From: an uncultured delta proteobacterium
GTDB taxonomy: Bacteria; Desulfobacterota; Desulfobacteria; Desulfobacterales; JAFDCJ01
Direction of reading: 5' to 3'
Assembly: GCA_963769935.1 (NCBI GenBank)
Contig: CAVYNY010000011.1
Coordinates: 352,001-416,000 of the forward strand
Length of the DNA stretch: 64,000 bases
Positions 10,371 through 20,876 of the stretch are shown here, piece after piece (position 1 is the first letter of the stretch; each line of letters opens with the position of its first letter). The translations under genes and the position numbers were made by a program. Below the pieces are notes generated by a model. It did no database searches, was not told the origin of the DNA, and worked only from the letters and a program-made list of their open reading frames with translations.

Positions 10371-10528
10371 GACAGGATCAACAGGATCGTTAGGATAAGG
10401 CGGTCTTCGGCCGAAAGGACCCTCGCCGCAGGCGAAAAATTTCCTGATAATCCTGCGTGCCAGGGCGAAGCTTCTGCGAAGACTGGCGTGCCAGGGCGAA
10501 GCTTCTGCGAAGACTGGTTGATCCTGTC
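10371..10528. repeat. 9-mer-type inverted repeat whose right arm carries two tandem 31-bp inserts
   Basis: GACAGGATCAACAGGAT ... ATCCT[31 bp x2]GTTGATCCTGTC. Confidence 0.85.
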
Positions 10529-10583
10529 TAAATAAAAATAAAAATCGAATCCATTCCGCATCCCTCCAGAAATTTCCCACGAG

Positions 10584-12137
10584 TTATTTTGTCCAAACTT
10601 TCACAGATGGAAACAGGGACATATCCGTATGCGGTATAAATCTGGCGGCACTGAAGCGGTTCATGAACTCCTGATTGACGTTGAGCTCCAGGTAGGTGAC
10701 CCGGTCCCGGATCCGGTCGATTTCTGCCAGGCTGCCCGCCGATGTCAGCGCCAGGGCGGCACCGCCCAGAGAGCTGTTGCCGACCGGTTTGTAGCAATCC
10801 AAAGGCAAATCCGGCACCATGCCGATGGTGATGGCCGATCGCGGATCAATGAAGGCACCGAAAGTTCCCGCCATATAAAAATCGGTCAAATCTCTCAGCT
10901 GAATTCCAACCGACAGGGTAATGGTCTCCAAAATTGTGTACATGGCGGCTTTGGACCGGATCAGGCTGTCGAGATCCGCCTGGCTGACCGTTAGATCGGA
11001 ACCGACGGCGGATTGTGCGGCCGGCACCACCACCAGATGATTTAACCCATCAATTTGCTTCAGCCGGTTGCCGCAATGCGCCGGGATCAATTTGCCGCGG
11101 ATATCAATCATACCGGCCAGGAAAAGTTGGGCCGCCAGATCGATAACCCCGGAGCCGCATATACCCCGGGGCGGTTTCCCTTCAATGGTGTGCAGATTAA
11201 ACTCGCGGCTTTGCGGGTCGATCGCTATTTTATCAATAACTCCGGGTCCTGCCATCATTCCCATTTTCGTCACCCCGCCTTCCAGGGCCGGCCCGGCCGC
11301 TCCGGCACAGGCGATCAGCCAGCTTTGATTGCCGACCACCACTTCGGCGTTGGTTCCCACGTCAACTAAAAGGGCCGTGTCCGATGCGGTACAAAGTCCC
11401 GTGTAGAGAATACCGGCAATAAGATCACCGCCGAAATAACTGCCGATGTTCGGGAATATCAGCATTTCGGCCGCAGGATTGACCTGCAGGCCGAGCTCAG
11501 CGGCTTTTAAAATTTCGGGTTTGTTGACCACCGGGATATACGGTTCGCGAATAATCCAGCGCGGATTGATCCCTAGAAACAAATGGGTCATCGCCGTATT
11601 GCCGGCCACGGCCAGGGCATAGATGTCTGTCGGCTCAATCCGGCTCGATCGGCACACAGTATCGATGGCGTGGTTCAGACTGCCGATGATGAGCTCATTC
11701 AGTCCAGCCAGCCCGCCGGCGGATTCCGTAAAATGAATGCGGGTGAGGATGTCCGGGCCGACGGTTAACTGGGGATTGTCAAAACCGGACTCGGCCAGGA
11801 TGTGACCGTCGGCCAGATCCAGCAGCCGCAGCATGACCCGTGATGTTCCAAGATCAACCGCCAGGCCGGCGACCGGCCGTAAGTCGTCGGCAGCTCTGAT
11901 GTCAAGCACGGACCAGTGCCGGCGGTTTCTAAACAATATGCATTGGATGTTAAAATCATACTTTCGCAATAAATCCGGGAGTTTTTTTAACACCTTCAGG
12001 TCGATATAAACGGCATCATCGGTTTGAAGGACAGCTTTGAGCGTCGAGACAAGCCGGTCGGCGTCGGCAATGTTGTTCTGCAAAGAAGGCGGGGGTAAAG
12101 AAACCGTGAGCAGCCATGGAGTTTTTGTAATGTGCAT
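10584..12137 (-). CDS. ASKHA-type ATPase, reductive activator of corrinoid proteins (RACo/DUF4445), lacking the N-terminal 2Fe-2S domain
   Basis: AVDLGTS, AGNTAMTHLFLG, GGDLIAG, DVGTNAE, AGPALEG, GICGSG and AGTFG motifs. Confidence 0.88.
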   Translation of the reverse strand: MHITKTPWLLTVSLPPPSLQNNIADADRLVSTLKAVLQTDDAVYIDLKVLKKLPDLLRKYDFNIQCILFRNRRHWSVLDIRAADDLRPVAGLAVDLGTSRVMLRLLDLADGHILAESGFDNPQLTVGPDILTRIHFTESAGGLAGLNELIIGSLNHAIDTVCRSSRIEPTDIYALAVAGNTAMTHLFLGINPRWIIREPYIPVVNKPEILKAAELGLQVNPAAEMLIFPNIGSYFGGDLIAGILYTGLCTASDTALLVDVGTNAEVVVGNQSWLIACAGAAGPALEGGVTKMGMMAGPGVIDKIAIDPQSREFNLHTIEGKPPRGICGSGVIDLAAQLFLAGMIDIRGKLIPAHCGNRLKQIDGLNHLVVVPAAQSAVGSDLTVSQADLDSLIRSKAAMYTILETITLSVGIQLRDLTDFYMAGTFGAFIDPRSAITIGMVPDLPLDCYKPVGNSSLGGAALALTSAGSLAEIDRIRDRVTYLELNVNQEFMNRFSAARFIPHTDMSLFPSVKVWTK

Positions 12138-12152
12138 GCTTTATAAAAAACG

Positions 12153-12239
12153 AGTTGGCCGGTTGGCCCGTTTGCCGGTTAGCCGGTTTACCGAAACCGT
12201 TCCCCGGGTCAACGGGCTAACGGGCAAACCGGCTCAACT
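12153..12239. repeat. Inverted octamer arrays (GGTTRGCC)n ... (GGCWAACS)n
   Basis: Five plus four units; overlaps the cobB stop codon. Confidence 0.8.
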
Positions 12240-12983
12240 TCTCAATTTATCCATCTCCGCTATTATCCGATTCATGACTTCGCCGGCTTCACCCATGATC
12301 AGATAGTCGCTGATTTCGCCGGTCAGCGGTGTTCTCTGCGGATTGATTTCCACAACTTTGGCACCGGTTTGCTTGGCGTAGACCGGCATCAGGCTTGCCG
12401 GTTGAACGATGGCGGATGTCCCGATCACCAGCATCAGGTCACAATCGGAAGCGGCCTGCCTGGAGCGCCACATGGCGTCCGTGGAAATCATTTCACCGAA
12501 AAAGACGGCATCCGGACGCAAAATACCGCCGCAGGTGCAAAGGGGGGGAATCACGCTGACGTCCACTTTACGGGATTCATATTTTTGACCGCAATTCATG
12601 CAGCGCTGCCAGGCAAAGTTTCCGTGAAACTCAATCACATCGGTGCTGCCCGCGGCCTGGTGGAGTCCGTCGACATTCTGAGTGATGACGGTTTTTAATT
12701 TTCCCATTTCTTCCAGTTTTACCAGTCCCTTGTGGCCGTCATTGGGCAGGGCGGAATCCACGATGGCCTTCATTTCCTTGACAAGGACGTTCCAGACTTT
12801 GGCCGGATTCCGCATAAAGGCGTCGATATGGGCAATCTCCATGGGGTCGAACCGCTCCCACAGCCCCCCTTTCCCTCGAAAAGGCGGAATTCCGCTCTCA
12901 ATAGAGATCCCGGCACCGGTCAGCGCAACCACATACTTGGCGGACGCCAGATCCTCAGCGGCTTTTTTTATGAGTTTATCCAT
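12234..12983 (-). CDS. cobB: NAD-dependent protein deacylase (Sir2/CobB)
   Basis: GAGISIESGIPPFRG, TQNVDGLH, HGN, CxxC..CxC Zn site and GTS motifs; start ATG 12983. Confidence 0.92.
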   Translation of the reverse strand: MDKLIKKAAEDLASAKYVVALTGAGISIESGIPPFRGKGGLWERFDPMEIAHIDAFMRNPAKVWNVLVKEMKAIVDSALPNDGHKGLVKLEEMGKLKTVITQNVDGLHQAAGSTDVIEFHGNFAWQRCMNCGQKYESRKVDVSVIPPLCTCGGILRPDAVFFGEMISTDAMWRSRQAASDCDLMLVIGTSAIVQPASLMPVYAKQTGAKVVEINPQRTPLTGEISDYLIMGEAGEVMNRIIAEMDKLRS

Positions 12984-13000
12984 GGATACATTACACCTGA

Positions 13001-13042
13001 AACCCATAACCCGCACCGTGCAACCCGTACCCCGCAACCCGT
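13001..13042. repeat. Heptamer array (AACCCGY-like) x6
   Basis: AACCCAT AACCCGC ACCGTGC AACCCGT ACCCCGC AACCCGT. Confidence 0.75.
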
Positions 13043-13881
13043 TACAGTTCAAACTCCATCTCACCGCTCACGCCGACACATTCCAGGTTGAGACTCCGGC
13101 CATCGATCCAATCCCGGCATTCTTTGACTATCTTATCCATCTCTTCGTCGGTGCGTTCCTGGTTTAGATGAAACAATCCCAGTTTTTTTACGGCAGCCTT
13201 AACGGCCAGATCAAGGGCATCGGTGTAGACGGAGTGCCCCCAGTCCATGTAGAATTTATATTCTTCGGGGGTGTATTCGGCATCATGGATAAGAAGATCC
13301 ACACCATCGGCAAATTTCAGATAATCGTTAAAGGCAAGACCGCCGGGGTGAATATATCCCAGTTCATTGTCGGTTAAAAAAACAAATTTTTTCCCGTCTT
13401 CAATAAATTTATATCCGCTGCCGCCGTTGGGATGGCTGATCGCAATGGGAACAACGGTGACCGAACCGATTTCAAACTCCATTGGACATGCATCCAGATA
13501 AGATATTTGAGCGGTAATATCCGAATATTTAATCGGGAAGTTCGGGGGAGCCATTATTTTGGACAAAATGGTTTCAACGAATTTACTGTGGAAGGGGCAG
13601 CGGTGCATGTGAATGGTGAATTCCTCAAAATAAAGCGGTTTGAAGAATGGAAACCCCATCAAATGGTCCCAGTGGGCATGGGTGAAAATAAAATTGATAT
13701 CGCAGCATTTTTCCCTGGCCAGTTTATTGCCGAGTCTTCGAATCCCGGTTCCGGCGTCAATGACAATGGTTTCACCGCTTTTTGTCAGAATTTCCACACA
13801 GGTCGTGTCACCGCCGTACTTTAAATATTCCTTTCCTGAAACCGGGATGGATCCTCTTGAGCCCCAGATTTTGATGTTCAT
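13042..13881 (-). CDS. MBL-fold metallo-hydrolase
   Basis: WGSRGSIP, DAGTG, HAHWDH and WGHS motifs. Confidence 0.88.
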   Translation of the reverse strand: MNIKIWGSRGSIPVSGKEYLKYGGDTTCVEILTKSGETIVIDAGTGIRRLGNKLAREKCCDINFIFTHAHWDHLMGFPFFKPLYFEEFTIHMHRCPFHSKFVETILSKIMAPPNFPIKYSDITAQISYLDACPMEFEIGSVTVVPIAISHPNGGSGYKFIEDGKKFVFLTDNELGYIHPGGLAFNDYLKFADGVDLLIHDAEYTPEEYKFYMDWGHSVYTDALDLAVKAAVKKLGLFHLNQERTDEEMDKIVKECRDWIDGRSLNLECVGVSGEMEFEL

Positions 13882-13986
13882 GCTTACCCTTTTAAATCTC
13901 TATAGGCGGATAGTCAGGCTGCGCTTCAGTAGTTTATAGAAAAAACAAATCACGGATTTATCGCAACTTACGGGTTTTGGATTGTT

Positions 13987-14465
13987 CTAAGATCCCTTTT
14001 GCTCCGTCTTTCCATAAAACGTATGCCAGATGCCCTCCTGAGACCATTGCCTGAGGATTTTAACCGGCTGGCGGGCCAGCCGGTCGACTACATCTTTCGC
14101 CTCGCTGCGCATAAGGCCGGAAAGAATAAAGTGCTTTTTGGCCAGAAAACCACTGGAATTTATCAGATGCTGCATTACATCGTAGTGATGCGAAAATTTC
14201 CGTGTTCGAAAGTGTTGAATACTTCGCCCAGCCACTGATGGTATGTCATGTGATAGGTATCGACATAGTGTAATTGCGGCCGGCGCTGCAAAAGACTTTC
14301 GATTTGCCGGTCGGCCGCACTGGAGAAAAACAGAATCGACTCGTTTTCTTCTTCCCAGTTGCCGATAAAGTTTTCCGGTAACATCCGGTTTTCCGGTTTC
14401 AGGCGGCCGGTGAGATAGTAGATATAGAGATCCTCATAGGGACCGCTACCGGCGTTTGGGCGCAT
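13987..14465 (-). pseudogene. Internally deleted PrmA-like (L11 methyltransferase) gene
   Basis: N-terminal part (PYEDLYIYYL..FIGNWEEE) joined out of frame near 14185 to a methyltransferase C-terminus (HYDVM..FILSGLMRS); the SAM-binding core is absent. Confidence 0.55.
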
Positions 14466-14477
14466 GCTGAACAGTTT

Positions 14478-15182
14478 TCATTCGTCAATCGTTATTTTTT
14501 TTTCTGCGGACGGCTCATTTTTAGGCAACTGGTCAAGATACCACTCCATAGGATCGAGCAAAGTAAATCCCAAATTCTTCAGTTTCTTCTTCACATGGGC
14601 AATATTCTGGGTCAAAAGATAGGGGAATACGGCGCGTTTATCTTTATCCCAGTATCGGGCTACCAAAACACTGCCGAAGGAGATGTTCTCTTCGGTGATT
14701 GCATCGACAATTCTTTTCAGCTGCCCGATTTTTTCTTCCACCAGAACACACAGCAGGGTGCCGGGCTGCCCGATGCCCAGAACGTTGATGAAGGTCCGCA
14801 GAAGATCGCGCACCGAAATGATCCCTGTAAGCCGGTTGTTGTCATCCACCACCGGCAGGGCACCGATTTTGGAATTCTGGATCATCAGCAAGGCATCCGG
14901 AATTGTATAAGCCGGAGAGATTGAAATGGGATCTTTGGTCATGATATCTTTTACTTTGATCGCGGAGATTTTTTCTTTTTCGCCGGGCGACATATCAAAA
15001 AATCGATAGGGCAGTGCACTTCTGATATCCCTGTCGGTAACGATGCCGATGAGGTGCTGCTCTTGATCGACGATCGGCAGGTGGCGGATATTGTTGTGTG
15101 CCATGAGTTCCTGGGCGTCAAAAATACTTTCTTCCTGATCCACCGTGATGACCTTGCGAGTCATCGATCTGGAGACAAACAT
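14478..15182 (-). CDS. CBS-pair plus ACT-like domain protein (AcuB-like)
   Basis: IRHLPIVD..GIVTDRD and IGALPVVD..GIISVRD CBS repeats; GGAGGGG RBS before ATG 15182. Confidence 0.88.
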   Translation of the reverse strand: MFVSRSMTRKVITVDQEESIFDAQELMAHNNIRHLPIVDQEQHLIGIVTDRDIRSALPYRFFDMSPGEKEKISAIKVKDIMTKDPISISPAYTIPDALLMIQNSKIGALPVVDDNNRLTGIISVRDLLRTFINVLGIGQPGTLLCVLVEEKIGQLKRIVDAITEENISFGSVLVARYWDKDKRAVFPYLLTQNIAHVKKKLKNLGFTLLDPMEWYLDQLPKNEPSAEKKITIDE

Positions 15183-15225
15183 ATTACCCCCTCCGTTTTG
15201 GTTGAATAGTTGATTGGTTGACTGG

Positions 15226-16185
15226 TCAACCAAGTTGCGCGTTTAATAGAATTTTTAGGTGATTTGCCGCCAATTCGGGCAGACGCTTCAGCGCATATCC
15301 GCCTTCCAGGATGGAGACAACTCTTCCTTTTGAATATTGCCGGGCCATTGCGACGACATTTTGCATAATCCAGGAGAAGGCCTCAGTTGACAGCTTAATA
15401 TCAGACATCTCATCGTCCACGTGGGCGTCAAATCCGGCCGAAACCAGAATGACTTCCGGTTTGAATGCGTCGAATGCCGGAATCAGGTCTTTTTGAATCA
15501 GTTGTTTGTACTCCGCATCTCCCTGGCCCGGCAGCACCGGTGTGTTTTTTGTGTAACCATACCCGAAATCCCTGCCGTTTTCAAATTCACGGCCGGTTCC
15601 GGGATATGCAAAAGAGGGATGCTCATGGATTGAGTAATAGAATACCGTTGAGTCTCCCTCGAAGATGTGCTGGGTACCGTTGCCGTGATGGACATCGAAA
15701 TCGACGATTCCTACCCGTACGATGCCGTAGCGGTTTTGCAGATAGCGGGCGGCGATGGCCACGTTGTTAAAGTAGCAAAATCCCATGGCTTTGTTCACTT
15801 CGGCATGGTGTCCCGGCGGGCGGACCGCGCAAAAGGCGTTGTCCAATTTTCCTGCCATCAGCCGGTCGACCACATCCAGGATGCCGCCAACCGCCAGTAA
15901 GGCGATTTCATAAGTTTGCGGGCACATCTGATTGTCCGGACTGTCAAACGTGCTCTCCCCGTTCCGGCAGGCTGCTTCAAATCGCTGGACATACGGCCTG
16001 TCGTGAACCAGCTCGATCCATTTCATCTCCGCCGGGCTGGCTTCGATCAGGATGAGATTCGAAAGCAATCCGGCGTCTTTGATGCCCTGATAGATGCGGG
16101 AAAGCCTCTCAGGAACTTCCGGATGGTAGCGGCCGGTCTTGTGCAGCTGATACCTCTCGTCGTGTAAAAATCCTGTTTTGTTCAT
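15226..16185 (-). CDS. Zn-dependent histone-deacetylase-family protein (AcuC/AphA-like)
   Basis: HPE..RL, RPPGHHA, GFCYFNN, DFDVHHGNGTQ, SAGFDAH and LEGGY motifs. Confidence 0.93.
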   Translation of the reverse strand: MNKTGFLHDERYQLHKTGRYHPEVPERLSRIYQGIKDAGLLSNLILIEASPAEMKWIELVHDRPYVQRFEAACRNGESTFDSPDNQMCPQTYEIALLAVGGILDVVDRLMAGKLDNAFCAVRPPGHHAEVNKAMGFCYFNNVAIAARYLQNRYGIVRVGIVDFDVHHGNGTQHIFEGDSTVFYYSIHEHPSFAYPGTGREFENGRDFGYGYTKNTPVLPGQGDAEYKQLIQKDLIPAFDAFKPEVILVSAGFDAHVDDEMSDIKLSTEAFSWIMQNVVAMARQYSKGRVVSILEGGYALKRLPELAANHLKILLNAQLG

Positions 16186-16937
16186 GAGATTGCCAGTATC
16201 TTATCAAATATGCCGAAGGCGGCCTGAACCGACGGGCTGTCTTCGGGCATTTCGATGGTTGGACGACCGTTCAAGTCAAATTCATATATGGTATCGTCTT
16301 CCGGTACGGTACCGGCCAGCTCGAGCCCGCCGGCTTTGACTATCTCAAGCGCCTTTTCAGAAAGCGCGTCTTTTACCTGGTTGATGACCACATAACTTTT
16401 GCCGACGCCGATATTCAGACAGCGGGCAAGATCATCAATTCGCAGAGCGGCCTGCAGGCCGCGTCGGGAGGTATCCGCCACGATCAGGAGTATATCCACA
16501 TTTTTGGTGGTCAAGCGGCTGATGTGTTCCATACCCGCTTCGTTGTCCATGACGATATAGGGATAATTGTTTGCCAGCCGCTCCATAAATCCGACCAGCA
16601 GCGTATTGGCGGCACAGTAGCAGCCGGCACCTTCGGGTTGCCCCATTACCACCAGGTCAAATCCGGGCGCTTCCACCAGGGCTTCTTCCAGCTTCATTTC
16701 CATAAATATATCTTTGGTCATGCTTCCGGGAACGACCCCTTTTTTCATTTCTTCCCGGGCGTTGCCCAGCGTGTCCCTGATTTTCAGGCCGAGGACTTCA
16801 TTTAAGTTCGCATTGCAATCGGCATCGACGGCCAGGACCGGCGTCTTGTTCTTTTTGACTAAATATTTGATCAACAGGCCGGCCAGGGTAGTTTTTCCGC
16901 TTCCCCCCTTGCCGGCCAAGGCAACAGTATAAGGCAT
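16182..16937 (-). CDS. cooC: CooC/AcsF-type Ni-insertion ATPase (CODH/ACS accessory protein)
   Basis: GKGGSGKTT, VDAD, GCYC and DNEAGMEH motifs. Confidence 0.88.
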   Translation of the reverse strand: MPYTVALAGKGGSGKTTLAGLLIKYLVKKNKTPVLAVDADCNANLNEVLGLKIRDTLGNAREEMKKGVVPGSMTKDIFMEMKLEEALVEAPGFDLVVMGQPEGAGCYCAANTLLVGFMERLANNYPYIVMDNEAGMEHISRLTTKNVDILLIVADTSRRGLQAALRIDDLARCLNIGVGKSYVVINQVKDALSEKALEIVKAGGLELAGTVPEDDTIYEFDLNGRPTIEMPEDSPSVQAAFGIFDKILAIS

Positions 16938-17410
16938 GGATGCAATATTCCTTTCTATAAGTGAGCGTTCGAAGGTTTAAGTGTATCAATCCAATTCCGT
17001 TATGTCCAGTGCGGCTGGTCCACGCTTCACAACAATTAAGTCAGTTTAAGTCAACAGTCAAGAAACTTTTGGCGGCAGCAGAAATCTTGCCTGAATTGCC
17101 GGCCGGCTATATCTTTTCTAAACGATCTACAGTTCGGATTTGACATGCAGCGGTTTCAAACCCCTTGCAAAGGCCTGAGCCTTGTGTTAATCCCAACCAG
17201 AATAATTGATGGTTGAATATTGTCGGATCCATATTGGTTGAATTCTGCCGGTTATTATTCCAAATCGGATTCTTTGAGCCTTTATTCCACCATCTCATTA
17301 TTTCATAGAGTTTATGACGGCCAAAACCACCCTATTGGGGTAAAGTCAAAGCCTGGACCTTTGGGCCAGGATTCTTTGCTTTTCCGAAAAATTATGCTGG
17401 AGGAATAAGT

Positions 17411-18565
17411 ATGGATTTTGAACTCACGAAATCGCAAAAAGAAATTCAAAAAGCTGCAAAGGAATTTGCCAAAGGAGAATTCGACAAGGATATGGCCCTT
17501 GAACTGGATCGTAAACATGAATTTCCCACTCAAATCTGGAAAAAAGCTGCTGAGCTGGGATTTATCGGGATCCATTATCCGGAAAAGTATTCCGGGCAGG
17601 GACTCGGCGTATTGGAGAACATCATTATCGCCGATGAGTTCTGTGCCCAGGATTCTACCATCGGGAGCGCCGTTGTTCTTGCCAGTTTTGCCAGTGAATG
17701 CATTTTGCGGTTCGGCAGCGAGAAATTGAAGCAAAAATACCTGCCGGCTGTTGCCGAAGGCGAAATGCTTTCCGCCGGTTCATTTACCGAACCGGGTCAT
17801 GGCTCGGATATTACCTCACTGGACACAACCGCCGTGCAGGATGGGGAAGAATGGGTGATCAACGGAACCAAAACATTTATTACCAACGGCGGAATGGCCG
17901 GCTTTTACTGCACCATGTGCCAGACCGACACTGCGATTCAGCCTTCGTACCGGGGCATCAGTTTGATCCTGGTGGAGGCCGACCGCGAAGGTTTGACCAC
18001 TACCGATGTTGGTGAAAAGATGGGCATTCACATGATGTCCACCGCCGAGGTCAATTATAAGGATGTGCGGGTGCCGGTTGAAAATACGATCGGCGAAGCA
18101 GGCAAGGGGTTTTACCAGGTGCTTGAATTTTTCGACGAAAGCCGGATTCTCGTGGCGGCCCAGGCGCTGGGCATCGCCCAGGGCGCCTACAATCGCGCGC
18201 TGGCCTACGTCAAACAAAGAGAACAATTCGGTCGTAAAATCGCCCAATTCCAGGTCACCCAGCACAAGCTGGCCGACATGGCGACCAAGATTGAACTTGC
18301 CAGATTAGTCACTTACAAAGCTGCCTGGAATTTCGACCAAGGCCGCATTGATCCAAAACTGACTTCCATGGCCAAAATGTATGCCGCGCGCACCGCCGTC
18401 GAGGTGGCCGATGAAGCCATCCAGCTGTTGGGAGGCTACGGCTACATGACCGAATACGAAGTCGAGCGGTTTTATCGTGATGCCAAAATTACCGAAATTT
18501 ATGAGGGAACCAAGGAGATTCAGAAAAATACGATTGCCAGTGCGGTCCTGGGCAAAATTAAGTAA
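17411..18565 (+). CDS. Acyl-CoA dehydrogenase
   Basis: TEPGHGSD, NGTKTFITN, REQFG, GGYGY and IYEGT motifs. Confidence 0.95.
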   Translation: MDFELTKSQKEIQKAAKEFAKGEFDKDMALELDRKHEFPTQIWKKAAELGFIGIHYPEKYSGQGLGVLENIIIADEFCAQDSTIGSAVVLASFASECILRFGSEKLKQKYLPAVAEGEMLSAGSFTEPGHGSDITSLDTTAVQDGEEWVINGTKTFITNGGMAGFYCTMCQTDTAIQPSYRGISLILVEADREGLTTTDVGEKMGIHMMSTAEVNYKDVRVPVENTIGEAGKGFYQVLEFFDESRILVAAQALGIAQGAYNRALAYVKQREQFGRKIAQFQVTQHKLADMATKIELARLVTYKAAWNFDQGRIDPKLTSMAKMYAARTAVEVADEAIQLLGGYGYMTEYEVERFYRDAKITEIYEGTKEIQKNTIASAVLGKIK

Positions 18566-18585
18566 ATTAATGAAAGGAGCATGAA

Positions 18586-18924
18586 ATGCCAGATATTATC
18601 AAAGACATGCCGGATCTCATCAAAAAGACGATGCTGGCAGGCGTAGGCCTGGCGCTGAAAACCTGGGATGAGGTGGAAGATATGACCAGGGAACTGGTCG
18701 AAAGAGGCAAAATGGGTGAAAAGGAAGGCAATAAATTTTTAAAAGATCTGCAGCACCGGTATGACGATACCCAGAAAAAACTGGAGGCGCGGGTCGAAAA
18801 AACCGTGAAGGAATTTTTGCGAAAGGCCAATGTGGTTACCACCGATGAATTAAAGGCCGTAAAAAAAGAGATCCGGGAACTAAAGAAGATGATCAGCAGC
18901 GAGAGCGAGAAGGAGAAGCCCTAG
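18586..18924 (+). CDS. Phasin-family (PhaF/PhaI-like) coiled-coil protein
   Basis: LAGVGLA..LVERGKM pattern; typical position upstream of an ABC1 kinase. Confidence 0.7.
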   Translation: MPDIIKDMPDLIKKTMLAGVGLALKTWDEVEDMTRELVERGKMGEKEGNKFLKDLQHRYDDTQKKLEARVEKTVKEFLRKANVVTTDELKAVKKEIRELKKMISSESEKEKP

Positions 18925-19027
18925 CCTACAGTTCCAAAGCAGAACTCGCTGTTGATAGTCCATTAGGGCGTTTTTTTATTATAAAGGTTTCAGGTTTCAG
19001 CACCTAACTTTTGCGTCACCTAACAGC

Positions 19028-20725
19028 ATGCTCAGTATCAGAAAAATCGGCGTTATCGGCCGAACCTACAGGCATCTTAACCGCTATCGTCAGATCCTGA
19101 CCATACTATTTAAATATGGTTTCGGGGATCTGCTGGAGATGCTGAAGATCGATCAATATATCGAGGTCGGTCTTCAATTGATATCCAAAAGGCGTGAAGT
19201 GCGATTCGAACGCCTGACCAAACCGCAAGGCTTGAGAATGGCTTTTGAAGAGCTTGGTCCCACTTATATCAAACTCGGTCAAATACTTTCCACCCGGCCG
19301 GACCTGATTCCCATGGAGTTTATTGAAGAACTGTCGAAGCTGCAGGACCATGTGCCGGCCTTCGCTTTTGCCGAGGTCCGCAAGGTAATCGAATCCGAGT
19401 TCGGCCTGCCGGCTGAGGATGTATTTGAGCAACTCGACGAGGAACCGCTGGCGTCGGCATCCATCGGACAGGTGCACCGGGCGGTCTTGAAGGACGGCGA
19501 AATTGTTGCGGTTAAGTTCCAGCGACCCGGCATTCGCAAGATAATTGAAGTTGATCTTGAAATCATGCTGCATCTGGCGATCCTTGCTGAACGTCATATA
19601 GAGGAACTGTCCCTGCATCGGCCGGTAAAGATCGTTGAGGAGTTCGCCCGCACCCTGGAAAAAGAAATCGACTATAAAAATGAGGCCACCAATATGGAGC
19701 GGGCGTCGCGCTACTTCATCGATGATCCGCATGTTTACATTCCCAAGGTCTATCGGGAGGTTACCACGTCGCGCATACTGACCACCGAATTTATTGACGG
19801 AATCAAAATTTCTCATATTGAAAAGCTCGACGCCGCCGGACTTGATCGAAAGGTTATCACCGCCCGGGGTGCGGATCTGGTGCTCAAGCAGGTCTTCGAG
19901 CACTGTTTTTTTCATGCCGACCCGCATCCAGGCAATATTTTTGTGCTGCCCGATAATGTCATCTGCCTGGTGGATTTTGGCATGGCCGGTGTTGTTGATC
20001 GCCAGACCCGGGATGATTTTGTCGATTTGGTGGAGAGTATTGTCAACCGGAACGAAGTGCAGGCCGCCCAGGTGCTTTTGAAATTAACCCACCACGAACA
20101 GGAGCCGGACAGGCGGCAGTTTGAACGCGAGGTGGCGGATTTTATGGGGCGCCACCTTTACAAACCGCTCAAGGATATTCAGCTCGGCAAGCTGCTGCAG
20201 CATCTGCTGGAACTGGCCACCAGCTTCAGGCTGCGGATTCCGCCGGATATTTTTCTGATGATGAAAGCGCTGAGCACCGTCGAAGGCGTGGGCCGCATGC
20301 TTGATCCGGAATTTGATATGTTTGCCCGGGCCAAGCCCTTTATCACCCGGGTCAAGCTCGAACGGTTTAAGCCCGAACGAATCGCCAGCGATTTGTATGA
20401 GCTGGGGTCCCACCTGCTTCGATTTTTGCGTCAGTTTCCCGATCAGCTGCTCGAAATGGCCAATCTGATGCGCCAGGAAAAACTGTGCCTTCAGATTGAA
20501 CACCGGGGTCTTGAAAACATGCTGGCCACCCATGACCGGATTTCCAACCGGATTTCATTTTCCATTCTTATTGCGGCGCTGATCATCGGATCCGCGTTGA
20601 TTGTGATATCAGAAACCCCGCCGTTGGTCTACGGCATCTCCCTTATAGGGATCCTGCTGTTTTTTGCCGCTGCAATCATGGGCATCTGGCTGCTGGTGGC
20701 CATCCTTAAAAAAGGAAAGCTTTAG
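19028..20725 (+). CDS. ubiB: AarF/UbiB/ABC1-family atypical kinase
   Basis: [34 protein letters not shown] and DFG motifs; C-terminal TM helices. Confidence 0.9.
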   Translation: MLSIRKIGVIGRTYRHLNRYRQILTILFKYGFGDLLEMLKIDQYIEVGLQLISKRREVRFERLTKPQGLRMAFEELGPTYIKLGQILSTRPDLIPMEFIEELSKLQDHVPAFAFAEVRKVIESEFGLPAEDVFEQLDEEPLASASIGQVHRAVLKDGEIVAVKFQRPGIRKIIEVDLEIMLHLAILAERHIEELSLHRPVKIVEEFARTLEKEIDYKNEATNMERASRYFIDDPHVYIPKVYREVTTSRILTTEFIDGIKISHIEKLDAAGLDRKVITARGADLVLKQVFEHCFFHADPHPGNIFVLPDNVICLVDFGMAGVVDRQTRDDFVDLVESIVNRNEVQAAQVLLKLTHHEQEPDRRQFEREVADFMGRHLYKPLKDIQLGKLLQHLLELATSFRLRIPPDIFLMMKALSTVEGVGRMLDPEFDMFARAKPFITRVKLERFKPERIASDLYELGSHLLRFLRQFPDQLLEMANLMRQEKLCLQIEHRGLENMLATHDRISNRISFSILIAALIIGSALIVISETPPLVYGISLIGILLFFAAAIMGIWLLVAILKKGKL

Positions 20726-20876
20726 GGGCTATTAGTTATTGGTTATTAGTCATTGGTTCCTTGGTGATTTCAGATAATATTAAAAATCTTTCCTGATAAA
20801 CTGACTTTTATTGATTTTTTAAAGTATAGAAATCGAAAACCAGAAAGCGCTGAGAAAGACGGTTGATAGAGACATC

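Noticed and set aside
10455..10516. Possible mini-CRISPR (two identical 31-bp repeats)
   Set aside because: The repeats are directly adjacent with no spacer, and there are no cas genes in the window
12234..12983. Sir2 anti-phage effector
   Set aside because: Stand-alone CobB-type sirtuin with a Zn ribbon in a metabolic context, with no defence partners
16938..17410. tRNA or ncRNA in the divergent cooC / acyl-CoA dehydrogenase gap
   Set aside because: No cloverleaf or known RNA motif; only a short hairpin, consistent with promoter DNA
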